Below, piece after piece: positions 1 to 16,039 of a stretch of DNA of 64,000 bases. Source of the stretch: the human T2T-CHM13v2.0 reference genome, Homo sapiens; the NCBI RefSeq assembly GCF_009914755.1, contig NC_060929.1, one strand, 5' to 3'. Numbering within the stretch: position 1 is the first letter of the stretch; each line of letters starts with the position of its first letter. The position numbers were made by a program, and so were the translations under genes. The notes beneath the pieces were generated by a model. The model made no database searches. It worked only from the letters and a program-made list of their open reading frames with translations, and was not told the origin of the DNA.

Positions 1-149
1 TAACATTGTTTTCTGAACACAGCCTGTCATTCAGCTCAGGCTAGTAGTGAATAGAAAAAAATAGCTTATGCAAACAGTCAAATATCTTGGTAAGTGTCCA
101 ATTATTTACCATGTTTCATCCTTTACTCCAAATTTATACATACATATGT

Positions 150-151
<2 letters not shown>

Positions 152-190
<39 letters not shown>
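152..190. repeat. (CA)n microsatellite
   Basis: Perfect AC run of about 19 units. Confidence 0.95.
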
Positions 191-191
<1 letters not shown>

Positions 192-312
192 TCAGGTCAC
201 TAAAGCCTCTAACTTTACAGATCCCAACTTTAACTCATTTAACTCATGGTTAACTCCATATTTAATTTTTGCTACATACTTATTTGCCTTTATCCAAATG
301 AATATTTATTAG

Positions 313-651
<339 letters not shown>

Positions 652-1700
652 TAGAGCAGTTTCTAGTTTACAGAAAACTTACCCAGAAAGTACAGAGAGT
701 GCTCATATACAACCCTTACTCACCAACACCTAGCTAGTTTCTCCTATTATTAACATCTTGCATTAGTGGAGTATATTTGTTAGAATTGATAAACTAGTTG
801 TAATATAGTATTATTAACTGAAGTTTAGAGTTTACATTAGGGTTCACTCTGTGTTGCACAGTTCTATGGGTTTTGACAAATGCATGATGTCCTCTATCTA
901 CCATTACAGTACCACAGTTTCACTGCACTAGAAATGCTCTGTGCTGTCTACCTGTTCACCCACCCTCCCCTAAACCAAAACCTTACAACTGATCTTTCGC
1001 CTTTACTGTCTCTATAATTTTGAATGTGTATGTTGTGGTAAAATATATATTAATATATTTATTAATTTAACATATAAAATTTACCATTTTAAATATTTGT
1101 AAGTGTAAAGTTCAGAGGGATTAGGTACATTCACATTGTTGTATTATACAACCATCACCACTCTCCAACTATCTCTATAAACTTGCCTTTTACAGAATGT
1201 CATATGGTTGAACTTACATGCTATGCCGTCTTTTCAGAATGTCTTTTTCACTTATCAATGTGCATTTAAGCTTCCTTCCTGCCCTCTTGTGGCTCATTTA
1301 TTTTTATCACGGAATAATGTTCCATTGTATAGATTTAACAGTTTGTTTATCCATTCAACTACCGAAGTACATCTTGTTTGCTTCATCTTCGTTCCTTCTA
1401 AGTTTTGGCAATTGTGAATAAAGCTGTTATCAACATCCACGTGCAGGTTTTTGTATGGATATAAGTTTGCAATTCATTTTGGTAAGTACCTAAGGTTGCT
1501 ATTACTGGATCATATGGTAAGACTAAGTTTAGCTTTGTAAAAAACTGCAAAACTGACTTCCAAAATAGCTGTTCCATTTTGCATTCCCAACAGGAATGAA
1601 TAAGAGTTTCTGTTGCTCCATATTTGGTGGGACATTTGGTATTGTCAGTGTTTTGGATTTTAGCCATTCAAAGTCGTGGTATCTTGTTTTAATAAATTGA
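652..1700 (-). mobile_element. Old L1 (L1MC-like) 3' region, with a nested L1MB-like 3'-end fragment at about 1022-1170
   Basis: agagcagtttctagtttacagaaa...gtttacattagggttcactct is an L1MC-type 3' UTR. Minus ORF 1398-1667 resembles the degenerate ORF2 C-terminus (PYDPVIATLGTY...ALFTIAK). Confidence 0.8.
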
Positions 1701-3110
1701 TATTTTAGGATTTTCCAAATTAAAATGTCAAAGAGATGCCTCAGCACAGTAAAGTTAGAAAAAATTAGAAAAAAATTCTTTACCTATTAAAATGATTTCT
1801 GGTTCACTAATGGCAAGGCTTGTCACTTAGTAGATTTGGTTTACTCTGGACATTTATTAGATCAGATTCATAGATCTTTAGCAATCTCTCACTCCAAGGA
1901 AAGTAATTTATCTCTCCTCTGAAATCTCACAGCACCTCAACACCTTATAGACACCATTCTACATTGTAACAGTGTATTGCTCTGCCAATCTTTCTCACTT
2001 AATTTTGGAGTCAAAAAGGCAGGGAGCTTGGTGTAGCTGTGTCTGTGCAAGCACAACATCTGTAGATACTAGTTACCAACCTATAGTTGTTTTTTATTAT
2101 GGCAGCTATTAAAGGAAGACATGGAAGATGAATGTGAACTCACCCTGGTCTTCAGTTTTACTATTTTCTCTCTAACACCTTTGTCCTGAGTTATAATTGT
2201 CTCAGTCTTTCCCTACTCTTAACACCAGATCAACTGGAGGCGCTATTATTCAAAGAATCACCAAAGAGGTGCAGGAAAGACTGAGAGAGGAAAAACATAT
2301 ATAATCCAAAACCAGGTAACTGGGCAATAAAAAATAAAATTTAGCTGGGCTTCTTACTCTTTCTCTTTTATTCTATACCTCTCTTGTTAGCAGCTGAATC
2401 AGTCTCTGTCATAGGCATTACACTCTTTGGGATGGTGAGCAATTGTTCTCCAAAACACTAAGTAAAAATAGTTCAGTGGAGATTTTTTAGAGATGTTCTC
2501 TGGCAGCTCCAGTGGATATTTGGAGAAACAAATACTTTTTCCAAGTTATTAGTTAACATATCATGGAATTCCTTATTGTAAAATGCTTCTCACACTTTGA
2601 GGTAGGTTAATAGTATTAGCCCCGTTTACTAAATGAGTTAGAGGAGTAGCTGCTCTGGATGCTATTTTCAAAACAAGGACATCATTGCTTGTGTGACATT
2701 ATGATCTAATAGACGTTCTAAATGGACCCTAATGTACCATTATCTTAAAATATAGATGAGTTAGTAATTGCGCAAAGGTAGGAGGATGAAAAGAAGTAAT
2801 CATGGTACAGCTGAGAATTCTTGTCAGAAAGTCATTTTTGTTGTTGTTGTTGTCTTTGTATCTAATGTCAGATGTCATGAGAGTAGGATTTTGAATCAGT
2901 GAGGGAAACCAGAAAAAAACATTCCTGGTAATATTTTCCAATGTCAATAGGTAGCACTCTAGCTTAACTAGTTAATTAACAAGACAAGGAAGCTTGTGCA
3001 AATATAATAATAAAGGTCTTCCAACTTTGAAAATAGATGTTTTTCCTACAGAAATCCCATCACCATCATATAAGATGACCACTTACAAATACAGAAAATT
3101 ACTGAGTTTT

Positions 3111-3141
3111 TTTGTTTGTTTGTTTGTTTGTTTGTTTGTTT
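3111..3141. repeat. (TTTG)n microsatellite
   Basis: Tandem TTTG units. Confidence 0.9.
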
Positions 3142-5498
3142 TAGATTGCAAGACCATCGGGCCAGGTGTGATATTGAATATGTTTGGTGCTTGGCAGCCT
3201 CCGTAATGCAGACTTATTAAGTACAGAGGCACTGGGGAAGAGCAAGACCTGCAGCTGATACCATGACTGCTTGGCAAAGGAGAAGGAAGACTTTTAAACC
3301 TCCTGGGAATGAAAATAAGCCATTTCCTTCAGAAAAAGCATGGAAATACAGGACTGAGCTCTGGAAAATTTGCCAAAAGAAGTGAAAAATAGTAGGGTCT
3401 AAAAAGGTCAAATAATAACCACACATCCATGTACTTGCTCTGGTTTTCCAGTAGTTGGATCTAAAACCTGCGATTCAAAATTTCTGGATGATTTTAATGT
3501 GATTTACTCATCTTTTCTATGATTTATTGACAATATCCATCTACAGATACTGACAGTGCAAAGGATTAGAAAGAGTCCACATATCCATGTGTTACAAGTT
3601 CTGCACATGCAATGTGAAGACCCCTAGCTCTATCTAGTAGTTGTTTAAATGGTCAGAAAATTATTCTTAGGTTGGGTCTTTTGTTTCCAAAGCAAGATTT
3701 ATTTCTTAAAAGGATGGCTGCACTTATTAGAGGTTGTTAGGATGCTAAGCATGGCTTTAGGATCAAAGAAGCTATCAGAAGTTCAAAATTTTATGTCAGG
3801 ATAAAAAGTTTCATCATGATCATCAAACAGCTCCTATGGAGGACTGCTACTTTCAGAAGAATAACTTCTTTCAAATTTGGAGATGGTTAAATGCTCCTAT
3901 TGGGAAAAGGGATGGAGTTCTTTAAACTTTTCCTTGTATTAAATTCTGCCACAAGTTGTGTTAAAAGGACATTATCACTGAGAAATCAACATTCCTTTAA
4001 ACTGAAGCAACTAGAGCACATCCCACTTCATGCAGGATGTGGAGTTGAAGATGAAGAACTGACAAAAGCATTCCACACTTTCCCCTCATGAAATGGTCCA
4101 AGAGTTTAAAGCAGAGGTTCTTGTACTTTGGAGGTTTAAATAACACTTCAAAATCCTAGAATTTTTTGCTCCGCACTTGAGGAGATTTAAAGACTCACAA
4201 ATGCACTAAGCAAGCCAGTGATCATTACAACACAATTGCATGCATCACAGGTCTTTAAATTATCCTGTAGTTACAGAGCACTAGCCCCTTACTTGTCCTT
4301 TAGCACTGTGGATACTCTGCTTACTTCCCTAACTGCTGTACCCATAAATTCCCAAAGGAAAGTTCTGGAATGTCCTAGTAAACATGCAGGATTGGATTTT
4401 TTTTTTTTTTGGTAGTGCTTTGCAACATTTTGTTGCAGAAAATTGTAGCCAGCTATTCACTGTGGTGCCCTACTTGCTCAGCTGGGCTAATATCTGTGGA
4501 TGACTCCGCAATGGGTGAAGTTGATAAAGACCTCTCTCACACCTCCTGTGCCAGAAATTTTCACTGTCTCCTGCATCACAAGAGACCATAATATGCACAC
4601 AGCTCCCTCTCTCACGTTTTTAAGCCCAGTTTAGGCTCTCCTCCCACTTCTATTCTTTCATAGCTCAGTTGTTTCATTTTTTAAATTCCGTCCTCTGTTT
4701 TCTCATTGAAAACGAATGAGGCATATTTGATTTAAGCTAAATCTACAGCATAGAGGTCCTCAGAGTTCTATTTGCTACAGTTCCCACTACCTGACCCCAT
4801 GTCTACTATACTCTTCATCTTCTCTCTGATTCTTTTTCTTTACTTGCCCTGTTTCTCCATTCTTTTTCCTTTTTCTCCATCTGAAGCTCTAAGAGTAAGG
4901 GAAACAATCTTAGGATATTAGGTTCTATTCCCATAGGAAGAGTATACTATGAATTTTCATGGAATTCTTTCTTCTTAGAGTATAGATGCATTCCATTGAA
5001 AGACTCCTTCAAGGTATGGAATAATTGGGTAATTAGGTACAGATTACATCATTCTTACATCATGCTTAAAAAAATACAATAGGGTATTCTGAGCATATAA
5101 CGTGAATCAGCATAATCAGGTGCAATTCTTTCCCAAGACAAGGTCAAGAAAAATTTCCCGAGTGTCCACCTAGAAAATAGAGTATGGCAAAAGTTCCAAA
5201 GAGCTTTATGAAGTACAGTAATTATAAACAAAATTATTTTTCCCAGGAAGTTACCTCTTAAAGTGTAATAAGTATATTGCATAAGCAAAATCTCTTATAT
5301 GTTAAATTCCGTTTTATGTCTTTGTTTTTTGTTTCCTGTTTGTAGAATCTGGGACTGGTAACATAAGCTTATTTTGTACAACTTTATGGCTTTGTCTTCA
5401 GCTTGAGTAAAAAGCTCTAAAAAAAAGATTTCTGGTCTTATAGTTGACAGAAGTCACCAAACCATACTTTATACTATTGTTTGTGGCAAGGACTGGAG

Positions 5499-5570
5499 AA
5501 AGTATTAAATTATGTTTTATAAAGTATTAAATTATGCTTTATAAACTATAAATTATGTTTTATAAACTAT
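5499..5570. repeat. About 22-bp AT-rich tandem repeat, ~3.3 copies
   Basis: aaagtattaaattatgttttat / aaagtattaaattatgctttat / aaactataaattatgttttat / aaactat. Confidence 0.85.
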
Positions 5571-5789
5571 CAAAGAAACCACAAATCCTCAGAGCAGATA
5601 CCTTTTTTTTGAGGCAAACTTGTTCTAATTTTTGGATTTCTTAGATATTTAAGAAAACAAACAATCAGGGTAGAAGATATCCTAGCTCACTAGGTCCCTC
5701 TGACATGTGCTTTCATCATGCCACACACCTTTCTCACTCCCCATTCCCCACCTCTTGACATTTCACATCAGTGTGACTTTATTAGTATA

Positions 5790-5900
5790 TCACACGAATG
5801 TCTCTTCCCATTGGAGTGTGAGCTTTAGGCTAGCAGGGTTCCTTTCATCCATCATTGTATTCCCAGACCTGGCACAGGGGCTGAGCACATGGTAGGCTTC
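5790..5900 (+). mobile_element. L2 3'-end fragment
   Basis: tgtgagcttt...cattgtattcccagacctggcacagggctgagcacatggtagg resembles the L2 3' end. Confidence 0.55.
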
Positions 5901-7444
5901 GAGGCCTGTAAGGGATATGAGGCTCTCACCTCACTCCCTACTGTGGGCTTGTGGCAGAACAAGGGCAGTTCAAATGGATTATCTCAGTCATAAAAGAAGA
6001 CACCTAGTAGAAAAAAACCGCTGAACTGAAAGCCCAAGGGCCTGGATTTTAGGTCCAACTCTACTAAATTGCACCTTGGCTTGTGGTCTTCAGTTTTCAT
6101 ATATTTAAAATGAAGTTTCTATAAGAAGAGTGATTAAGATCGCTTCCAGTTCTCAAATGTTATGGTTCTCACTGGTGCCAGGGTAGAAGATTGCTTATCA
6201 TTGATTCAATGAATAAGAAATATTAATGATAGTACTATTGCCTATCATAGATAGATAATGCCTATTGCACTTTAAGAACCAAACAGATCTCAGTTTAAAT
6301 GCTAAGTCTAGCTTATATTATTTTTCAATTAATTAATATCACTCAACTTCTACTCTTCATTTTTCTGTTTTGAAATATGTGGGAAATATGCCATTAAAAT
6401 ATTTGAATAAAGGAGCAAAATAATTGCAATGTTCTGGCAAGGTGAATATTAAATTTCATGGTGACTATTGCATTTCAAAACTATGTCATTTTTACTTAAT
6501 TTATTTACTGTAGTATTAACTTATGCAAGCTAACAAGGCCAGACCTTATTGGTGATGTGGCCTATCACCCACATATTTGAAATTATAAAATAAAGAACTG
6601 TGTTTCCTTTATCAATAGAAAGTCTCAGCATGCAGAAGACACCATCATCTGACTTTTCTTAAACTTCTTGTCACTTCATCCGGCCCTCCCCCATATGAGT
6701 TTAGTTTAAGACCCATTAAACACTTTGTGCATCTTGCCCATGAACATCCTTGCCTATTTCATTCTTCCTCCGACTTGCATATAGTATTCTTTCTGCCTCA
6801 AGAGTTCTCTTTTTCCCCAGGTTCACCTGGCAAATTTCTACTTGCTTTAATTCTCAGATCAAAAATCACTTTCTTTGTGAGGTTTTTCTGGAAATCCCTG
6901 GGTTCATGAGGGCAGGGACAGTATCTTATTTATTGTAAAATCAATTAGCAACATCTAACAAATTTTGGCAAAAGCAGGTTCGCAGAAAATAAATTTATGA
7001 TAATTAGCCTAGTCTTACATCTCTGCCTATTTTTCTGAATGTACTTGATTAGAATAAAAGGTAGCAATCCATTACATAAACCACCTTTCTCTATTAAGCA
7101 TTCTGCACTAGTAGAATCTAAAATTTTTAAGACCTAGTTGTCTTAGTTATCCAAGTATAAAACAAATACACATCTGAAGAATTCTTAACAGCTGAAAAAT
7201 TCTTTGTTCAGGGAGACAAATGGTTTTTTAACAAATCATTCTCTTTGTAGCTGAGTAATTTTTTTTTAAGTTTGAGGTAATTTTCTAGGAGAGTTCTAAA
7301 GAGTGGAGTTAATTACAAGAAAGGCCCATTGTGTCATCACTGATTGTAGAATACTTCCCAGGGTTTGACTTATTTGAAGGACAATCTCCTTAGTGAAAAA
7401 TCTTAAAGAGCAAGAAAATATGACGACTTTCTCATATGATTTAA

Positions 7445-7963
<519 letters not shown>

Positions 7964-8004
7964 TGAGGTCAGTAAACACCTTGTATGTATGTAGGCTTGA
8001 TATT

Positions 8005-8150
8005 TTTATTCATTCAACAAATATTTATTGAGCATCTACTATATGCCAGGAATTGTTCTAGGCTCTGGAGACACAAGAGTGAGCAAAAGAGAAAAAAATC
8101 CATGCCTTTGTGTAGCTTCGCTTTTATTGAAGGGAGAAAGATAATAAATG
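8005..8150 (-). mobile_element. L2 3'-end fragment
   Basis: attcattcaacaaatatttattgagcatctactatatgccagg is the reverse of the L2 terminus. Confidence 0.75.
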
Positions 8151-8439
8151 AATTATTAGGTAAAATATGGAGTTACGTTGTGTGATGAAATCACTCACTG
8201 GGGAAGCAATAGTTCAGGATTCTTTTCTTCTGAGTTTGTTCTAGTTGGAGACTTAGGAGTTGGTGGTGTGGTAGAGACACGTTTTCTCTGGGCTCCAGTA
8301 GTAACTTATTTCTCTACTGTGGGTATCAATGACTCTGAATTTTCTACTGAACTACAGATAGCTGCCTCACCAGAATTTGAACTTCTCTAGATAAGAACTG
8401 TTTCTTTTATCTTTATATCTTTGGTGCCTAGAATATGTG

Positions 8440-9600
8440 CCCATTTTTCATGAAATACCTTCCACTGGTTTCTGAGAATCCATACTTCCTCTAGACTTTT
8501 TTCTATTTTCTTCCAACTTTTGGTAGCCCCACAGCTTTTTTGCAACCACTTTTCTTCTGCCCAAGCCTAAAATGTGATGATTATCAGAGTTCCAGCCAAT
8601 CCTTTATGGATTCTAATTATCTCTCAATGATATTCCTATAGCTTTAATTCCCAGCTAGATATTTACAACCTCCCAAACTACTTTTGCAGCCCGGACTTCT
8701 CTCTGGATGCTAGAGAACCAGGCTCTTCTATCCAAGCAGACTTATGATCAGCAGGACCTGAATGTCCTACAAACCTCTCAGAGTCTTCATATTTGAAGCA
8801 AATGGTCATCATCCCTCCCTCAACTTGCTCTATGCCCAATGTTTCTGACTTCAGTGAATGGCATCAGAAGTGACCTAAGCCAGAAGCTTCTCTCTTTTTT
8901 TTCTTTGACTCCTCATTTCCTCCCCTTTCCCTAAAACAAGCCAATTGTTCAACTCCTTTAGATTCTACCTCACTAACATATTTTAAATCTCTGTCCATTT
9001 TTTTCAATTCCTATGACCACACCTCAGTTTAGCCCATAGTCATATGGTATCTAAATTACTTGCCACAGCCTCATTCAATGACACACATGTACTGACTATA
9101 TCATGTACCTAGATCCTGGGTAGCAAAAATAGAAGCCCGTGCTCCTTTGGGGATGTTGGTGTGATAACTCCTCTTTGGTTTCCCTACCTGTAATATTGTC
9201 TCACTCAAACTCATTTTTTTAAACTGTAGATAGAGTGATTTGTCTAAATCCAAATCTGATCATGTTAGTTCCCTGCATAAAATTCTTCAAATCCTTTAAT
9301 TTGTCTTCACTCTTCTCAGGAAAACCCTCAAATTTCTTAGCATGAAATCCAAGGAAGGCCCCTTATAATATGAACCATTATTCTTTCTCTAGATTAATCT
9401 TTTGCACTAATTCCAAATGCCACATTACAGCACACAAAGCCACTTGAAGTTTCCCCAAATGGTATGCTGTCTTACCTCCACAGAAAACATGTAGTTTTCT
9501 ATGACTAAAGAAAAATCTTCCATCTGAATATAGACACACATCAAGCTTCCCTTTCTCCAGTTGTTCCTCTTTACTCCAAGACAAACCTCACTGTGCCACC
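8440..9600 (+). mobile_element. Degraded L2 body fragments
   Basis: Pyrimidine-rich L2-like stretches (ttcagtgaatggcatc, aaatctgatcatgtt); boundaries approximate. Confidence 0.5.
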
Positions 9601-10491
9601 ATCCTGCTCCTTCCTTAACACTAGACTGATACCAGGCCTTAGTCTACCAAGAGTGTAGAAATAGGTAGTCTCTTGATTATATGACAGACAGAAAATACCC
9701 GTGGAGTTTTACATAACATATCTCCTAATCTGATGGATTATGGAATGTGAATGATTCTTCTGTCTTTGGAGATCATAAAATGGACAGAGCTACAAAGAAC
9801 TACAAAGTGTTTAGAACAACACTTTTCCAACTAGAATAGAGATAATGCATTCCAGAACACTGCAGCTTGCATAATTATCTTTCTAGGCAATAAGTACTTG
9901 TCTGAAGTAAGAACCATAATATCATAATCCAACCCCTATGCTCCTGTTTCAACCTGAAGCCACACCCTTTTCATGAACTCAGTCAGCCATCAGTTGTCAA
10001 TGTCCACTTATGCTCCATCCAAGCCCTTTCCCTGCTACTCCTGGAGAGGACCTCAATATCAGCTAGGGGAGCTGGAAGACTATGCTTAGGGATTTTTTTG
10101 TAACTGCTTTGACACAGACTTTATATGTTTAAAGGAAATGAACATCTTTGCATTGCCTTCATTCACCAAATGATGTCTTCTATCCATGCATGCTGCCCTA
10201 GTCACGAGAGTGGGTTGCATGTAACATACTTGTGATTCCATGAAGAGTGGGCACAGGGGAGTGCTGGTCAGGCTAAAGTTTGGGACAGATGAAGATGATA
10301 TTAGGAGAAGAAGAAAATAACTTCTGCTCACCACCATCAAAGATGAGTTTCCCATGAGTATATATTTTTTTCCTTTGGGCATCAAATGGCCTCCTTTGGC
10401 TTAAACTTTAACTTATATGAAATGATTTTTTATACCACCAGGCCATTTATCTTTGTTACCCAATAACTTCTCTAAAAAAAACCCATGATCA

Positions 10492-10904
<413 letters not shown>

Positions 10905-12534
10905 TCATTTCATATGTGGAGATCTAGGAGTGTAGGCATCATAAATTGTCAGATGCTGTTATTATTAATTGACTTTTAGGTTATTCCTTTTAACTGTTCC
11001 TTGATTAATGCAAATGTTAAGCCTCTTATTATTGGGGATATCAACAATTCCCAAAATATGTGGATCCCTGTTTTTAAAAATGAAAACGGCCCCTTATTTT
11101 AATCCAGTTTATCTATCACTCAAGTTACAGAATATCATATCTGAACAAACCTTTTTGCCATTAATATTTACTGAAACACATGCTATGAGCTCTTAACAAA
11201 ACTTCCTGGTGAAGTGACCCCCCAAAGATAAAACACGTATTTTCCCTTTCATCTTTTTGCTGAGAGGCTGAAGTAGGAAAGTCTCACTGGGTCATCCCTC
11301 CTGGAGGGCTGCATGTTGTTATCACAAGCTACAGGGCAAACAGGAAGGGCTCCATGGGGGTGTGAAGAACTCACACATCCCAGGGGCCCACTGTTAGCTG
11401 CTAGAATTAGCTGCACAATTATCCCGGTCACACCAAATGGTCACCAAGGGTGATAGAGATCCTAGATGCAACTTAATGAACCATATTCAGTTTTATGATA
11501 ACAACCATGTGTAAGCAGACACGCTTGACCTAACTCTGAGATGGGCATATGCTTACTTGCAACAGAATCTGCTGGGTCACTTGATGTATTTAAATAAAAG
11601 AAATGTGATTAATGGCAACAAAACATGTCTTTCTCAGAACAGTGCCTTGTCAACAGTAACCAGCTAGCCTGACCTTTCAATGGCTCCCTGAAGGGTGGGT
11701 ATATACACTATTCGTTAATTGTGGCTTATATTTGTACCTTGGTATAAAGCAATATAGCTGTCAAAAATACTGTATATTGAATTTTTAAAAAGTTGTTATC
11801 AATTAAAAAATTGTTATTGCCATAATTTAAGGTGGCATTGGCCAATTATAAATTTGTTGGATATTAGTTCTCACTTCTTAGATCATGTAAGACTCAGTTT
11901 CTGTTTGGAATATGCAACTTAATTTCTCTTTTATTATATTCTATGATATCTGACCTCCAAAACTACTCAGAAAATGCTTAACAGCTTTAGAACAATTTTA
12001 GGGGCTACAGAATTGAATAGTGCTCCCTATTTTCAAAGAGCTGACCAGGCAGTCAACCAGTGCTTCTCAAACTTGACGTGACACTAAAATAACACTGGGA
12101 TCCAGGCCCACTGCAGAATTTACACAAGCTTGAGCAAGTCTATATTGTAATGTCTCACTGATAATTCTGATTACAGAATCGCTACAATAGATGTAAGCTT
12201 AGTTCTAAAAATAATTATAGCCAAATAAAAATAATGATATGTATAATAAAAAGCTATAATATTAGTGTTAGAGAAAAACAAAACCCCAAGATATTTGTTG
12301 CAATGGCCATATAGCATCTGACAATTAGTGTACAAAATTGTTATATGTGCCCACATCTATTGAAAACTCCGAATCATCATAATCTGTATTACAATAGGGT
12401 TCTATTTAAAGTAAACCTAATTATTCTCAATGATAAAATCAATTCCTAGGGAATAAGCTTCTCAAAGAAGATTATTTACTCTGTTAATTTAGCAGAGCAC
12501 CATTGAATATCCTTACAAAAATATATTGTTAATG

Positions 12535-12754
12535 AAAGCTAACATTTATTGATCACTCGCTATGTACCAGACAGAGAGCTAAAAACCTTGTATGATTGTT
12601 ACTTTATGCTTCACGGTAGTCTTGAGATAGGTTGAATTTTATTTTAATTTTACAGAGGAGGAACTGAGGTTCAGAGGGTTTATGGAACTTGCCTAAGATC
12701 ACACAATGGCAAGTGGTAGTCAGGACAAGCCCAGCTCTGTGTCCAGAGTGAATG
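12535..12754 (-). mobile_element. MIR
   Basis: ttttacagaggaggaactgaggttcagagg...acttgcctaagatcacaca matches the MIR core. Confidence 0.8.
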
Positions 12755-12768
12755 CTTTGGGCTACTTA

Positions 12769-15700
12769 TTTTTTTTATTTCTTTTATATTTCAGTAGGTT
12801 TTTGGGGAACAGGTTGTGTTTGGTTGCATGAATAAGTTTTATCGTAGTTTCTGAGATTTTAGTGCACCCGTCGCCTGAGCAGTGTACCCTGCATCCAATA
12901 TGTAGTCTTTTATTCCTCACCCCCACTCCCGCTCTTTCCCCCAAGTCCTCAAAGTCCAATGTATCATTCTTATGCCTTTGCATCCTCATAGCTTAGCTCC
13001 CACTTATAAGTGAGAACATATGATGTTTGGTTTTCCATTCCTGGGTTACTTCACTTTGAATAATAATTTCCAATTCCATCCAGGCTGGTACGGATGCCAT
13101 TATTTCTTTCCTTTTTATGGCTGAGTAGTATTCCAGTGGCAGTTTGACTTCCTTTTTATTGATTTGGATGTCCTTTATTTCTTTCTCTTGTCTGATTGCT
13201 CTGGCTAGGACTTTCAGTACTACGCTGAATGGAAGTGGTGAGAATGGGCATCCTTGTCTTGTTCCAGTTCTCAGGGGGAGTGCTTTCAACTTTTCCCTGT
13301 TTAATCTTATGTTGGCTATGGGTTTGTCACACATGGCTTTTATTACACTAAGGTATATCCCTTGTATGCCATTTTTGCTGAGGGTTTCAATCATAAGGGA
13401 TGCTGGATTTTGTAAAATGCTTTTTCTGCCTCTATTGAGATGATCATGTGATTTTTTTCTTTTTAATTCTTTTTATGTGGCGTATCACATTTATTGACTT
13501 GCATATGTTAAACCATCCCTGCATCCTGGTATGAAACCCACTTGATCATGGTAGATTATCTTTTTGATATGCTGTTGGATTCGGTTTGCTAGTATTTTGT
13601 TGAGGATTTCCGCATCTATGTTCATCAGGGATTTGGTATGTAGTTTTCTTTTTTTGTTATGTCCTTCCCTGGTTTTGGTATTAGGGTGTTACTGGTTTCA
13701 CAGAATGATTTAGGGAGGATTCCCTCTTTCTCTATCTTTTGGAGTAGTGTCAATAGGATTGGTACCAATTTTTCTTTGAATGTCTGAGAGAATTCAGCTG
13801 TGAATGTATCTGGTCCTGGACTTTTTTTTATTGGCAATTTTTCATTACCATTTCAACCTTGCTGTTTGTTATTGGTCTGTTCAGAGTTTCTATATCTTCC
13901 TGGTTTAATCTGGGAGGGTTGTATATTTCTGGGAGCTTATCCATCTCCTCTAGGTTTTCTAGTCGATGTGCATACTATGTACACCTTGTTCATAGTAACC
14001 TTAAATAATCTTTTGTATTTCTGTGGTATCAGTTGCAATATCTCCCATTTCATTTCTAATTGAACTTATTTGGATTTTCTCTCTTCTTTTCTTGGTTAAT
14101 TTTGCCAATGGTCTATCAATTTCATTTATCTTTTCAAAGAATCAGCTTTTTGTTTTATTTATCTTTTGTATTTTTTGTTTCAATTTCATTTAGTTCTGCT
14201 CTGATCTTGGTTATTTCTTTTCTTACGCTGGGTTCTTGTTTCTCCAGTTCAATGACTTTAAATAACCTGATGACTATGTGCCTAGGTGATAATCTCTTTG
14301 TGATGAATTTCCCAGTTGTTCTTTGAGCTTCTTGTATTTGGATTTCTAGATCTCTAGCAAAACTGGGAAAGTTTTCCTCAATTATTTCCTCAAATATGTT
14401 TTCCAAACTTTTAGATTTTTCTTCTTACTCAGGAATACCAATTATTCTTAGGTTTGGATGTTTAACACAGTCACAAACTTCTCGGAGCCTTTGTTCATTT
14501 TTTTAAAAAATTCTTTTTTATTTGTGTTTGATGGACTGGGTTAATTTGAAATCCTTGTCTTCGAGCTCTGAAATTCTTTCTTCTGCTAGTTTGATTCTAT
14601 TGCTGAGACTTTCTAGTACATTTTGCATTTCTCTAAGTGTGTCCTTGATTTTCAGAAATTGTGATTGTTTTTTATTTATGCTTTCTATTTCACTGAATAT
14701 TTTTCCTTTCATATCCTGTATCAGGATATGATGAATCAAAAATTTTTTGATTTAAGTTGGACTTCACCTTTCTCTAGTGCCTCCTTGATTAGCTTAATAA
14801 TCAACCTTCTGAATTATTTTTTCTGGCAATTAAGAGATTTCATCTTGGTTTGGATCCATTGTTGGTGAGCTGGTGTGATCTTTTGGAGGTGTTAAAGAAC
14901 CTCGTTTTGTCATATTACCAGAATTGTTTTTCTGGTTCCTTCTCATTTGGGAAGACTATGTCAGAGGGAAGACTTGGGACTCAAGGGCTGCTGTTCAGAT
15001 TCTTTTATCCCACGGAGTGCTCCCTTGATGTGGTGTTCTTCCTCTTCCCCTAAGAATGGGGCTTCCTGAGAGCCAAAATGCAGTGATTGTTTTTCCTCTT
15101 CTGGGTCTAGCCACCCAGTGGAGCTACCAGGCTCCCAGCTGGTACTGGCGAGTGTCTGCAAAGAGTCTTGTGATGTGATCCATCTTCAGGTCTTTCAGCC
15201 ATGGATACCAGCACCTGCTCTGGTGGAGGTAGCAGGGGAGTGAAGTGGACTCTGTGAGGGTCCTGGGTTGTATTTTTGTTTAATGCATTGGTTTTGTGTT
15301 GGTTGGCCTCCCGCCAGGAGGTAGGGCTTTCATGAGCACATCAGCTGTGGTAATATAAGGAGTTTGCAAACTCACCTTGGGGATACCTGGTTAAGTATTC
15401 AGGTTTCTCAGGCCATGGGAAGGGCTATAGAGCTCCTAAGAGGTTATGATTTTTGTCTTCTGCTACCAGGGCAGGTAGAGAAAGACTACCAAGTGGGGGC
15501 AGGGATAGATATGTCTGAGCTCAGACTCTCCATGGGTGGGGCTTGCTGTGGCTGCTGTGGGGGATGGGGGTGTGGATCTCAGGCCAATGAGGTTATGTTC
15601 CCAGGGGTTACGGCTGCCTCTTCTGAGTCATACAGGTCACCAGGGAAGTGGGGGAAAGCTGGCAGTCACAGGCCTCACCCCACTCCCATGCAGCCAGCAG

Positions 15701-16039
15701 TCCTAAAGGCTAGTCTCACTCTCACTGTGCCCCCACAGCAGCACTGAGTTTATTTCCAGGCAGCCAATGCCCAGGGCTGAGAATTTGCCCCATACCATGA
15801 GCTTCCCTGCTGAGAAAGCAGGCAGACCCGCAGTTTTTTGGTGTCTCAGGGAGCCTGCAGTAGTGATCCAGTTTCTTCATATAGTCTGTGGATTGTCTCA
15901 GCTTTCCTGGAATGTCCCTGCAGTAGTTCTTGAAGCAAAAGTTCATGATGTGAGTCTCCACATGTTGCTCCATTCATCCCTGCAGGAGCTGCAAGCTAGC
16001 CTTGCCTTGTATCTGCCATCTTTCAATCCCTAATATCCA
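12769..16039 (-). mobile_element. L1PB1/L1PBa-type element with both termini and two large internal deletions
   Basis: L1PB-type 3' UTR (ggtttttggggaacagg...ctttgcatcctcatagcttagctccc), ORF2 and ORF1 remnants, 5' UTR with aagatggc near 16015-16022 (minus); 14-bp TSD CTTTGGGCTACTTA at 12755-12768 and 16040-16053. Confidence 0.9.

Noticed and set aside
2228-2246. CTCF-like motif tcaactggaggcgct
   Set aside because: Four mismatches in the 15-bp core; not supportable without data.
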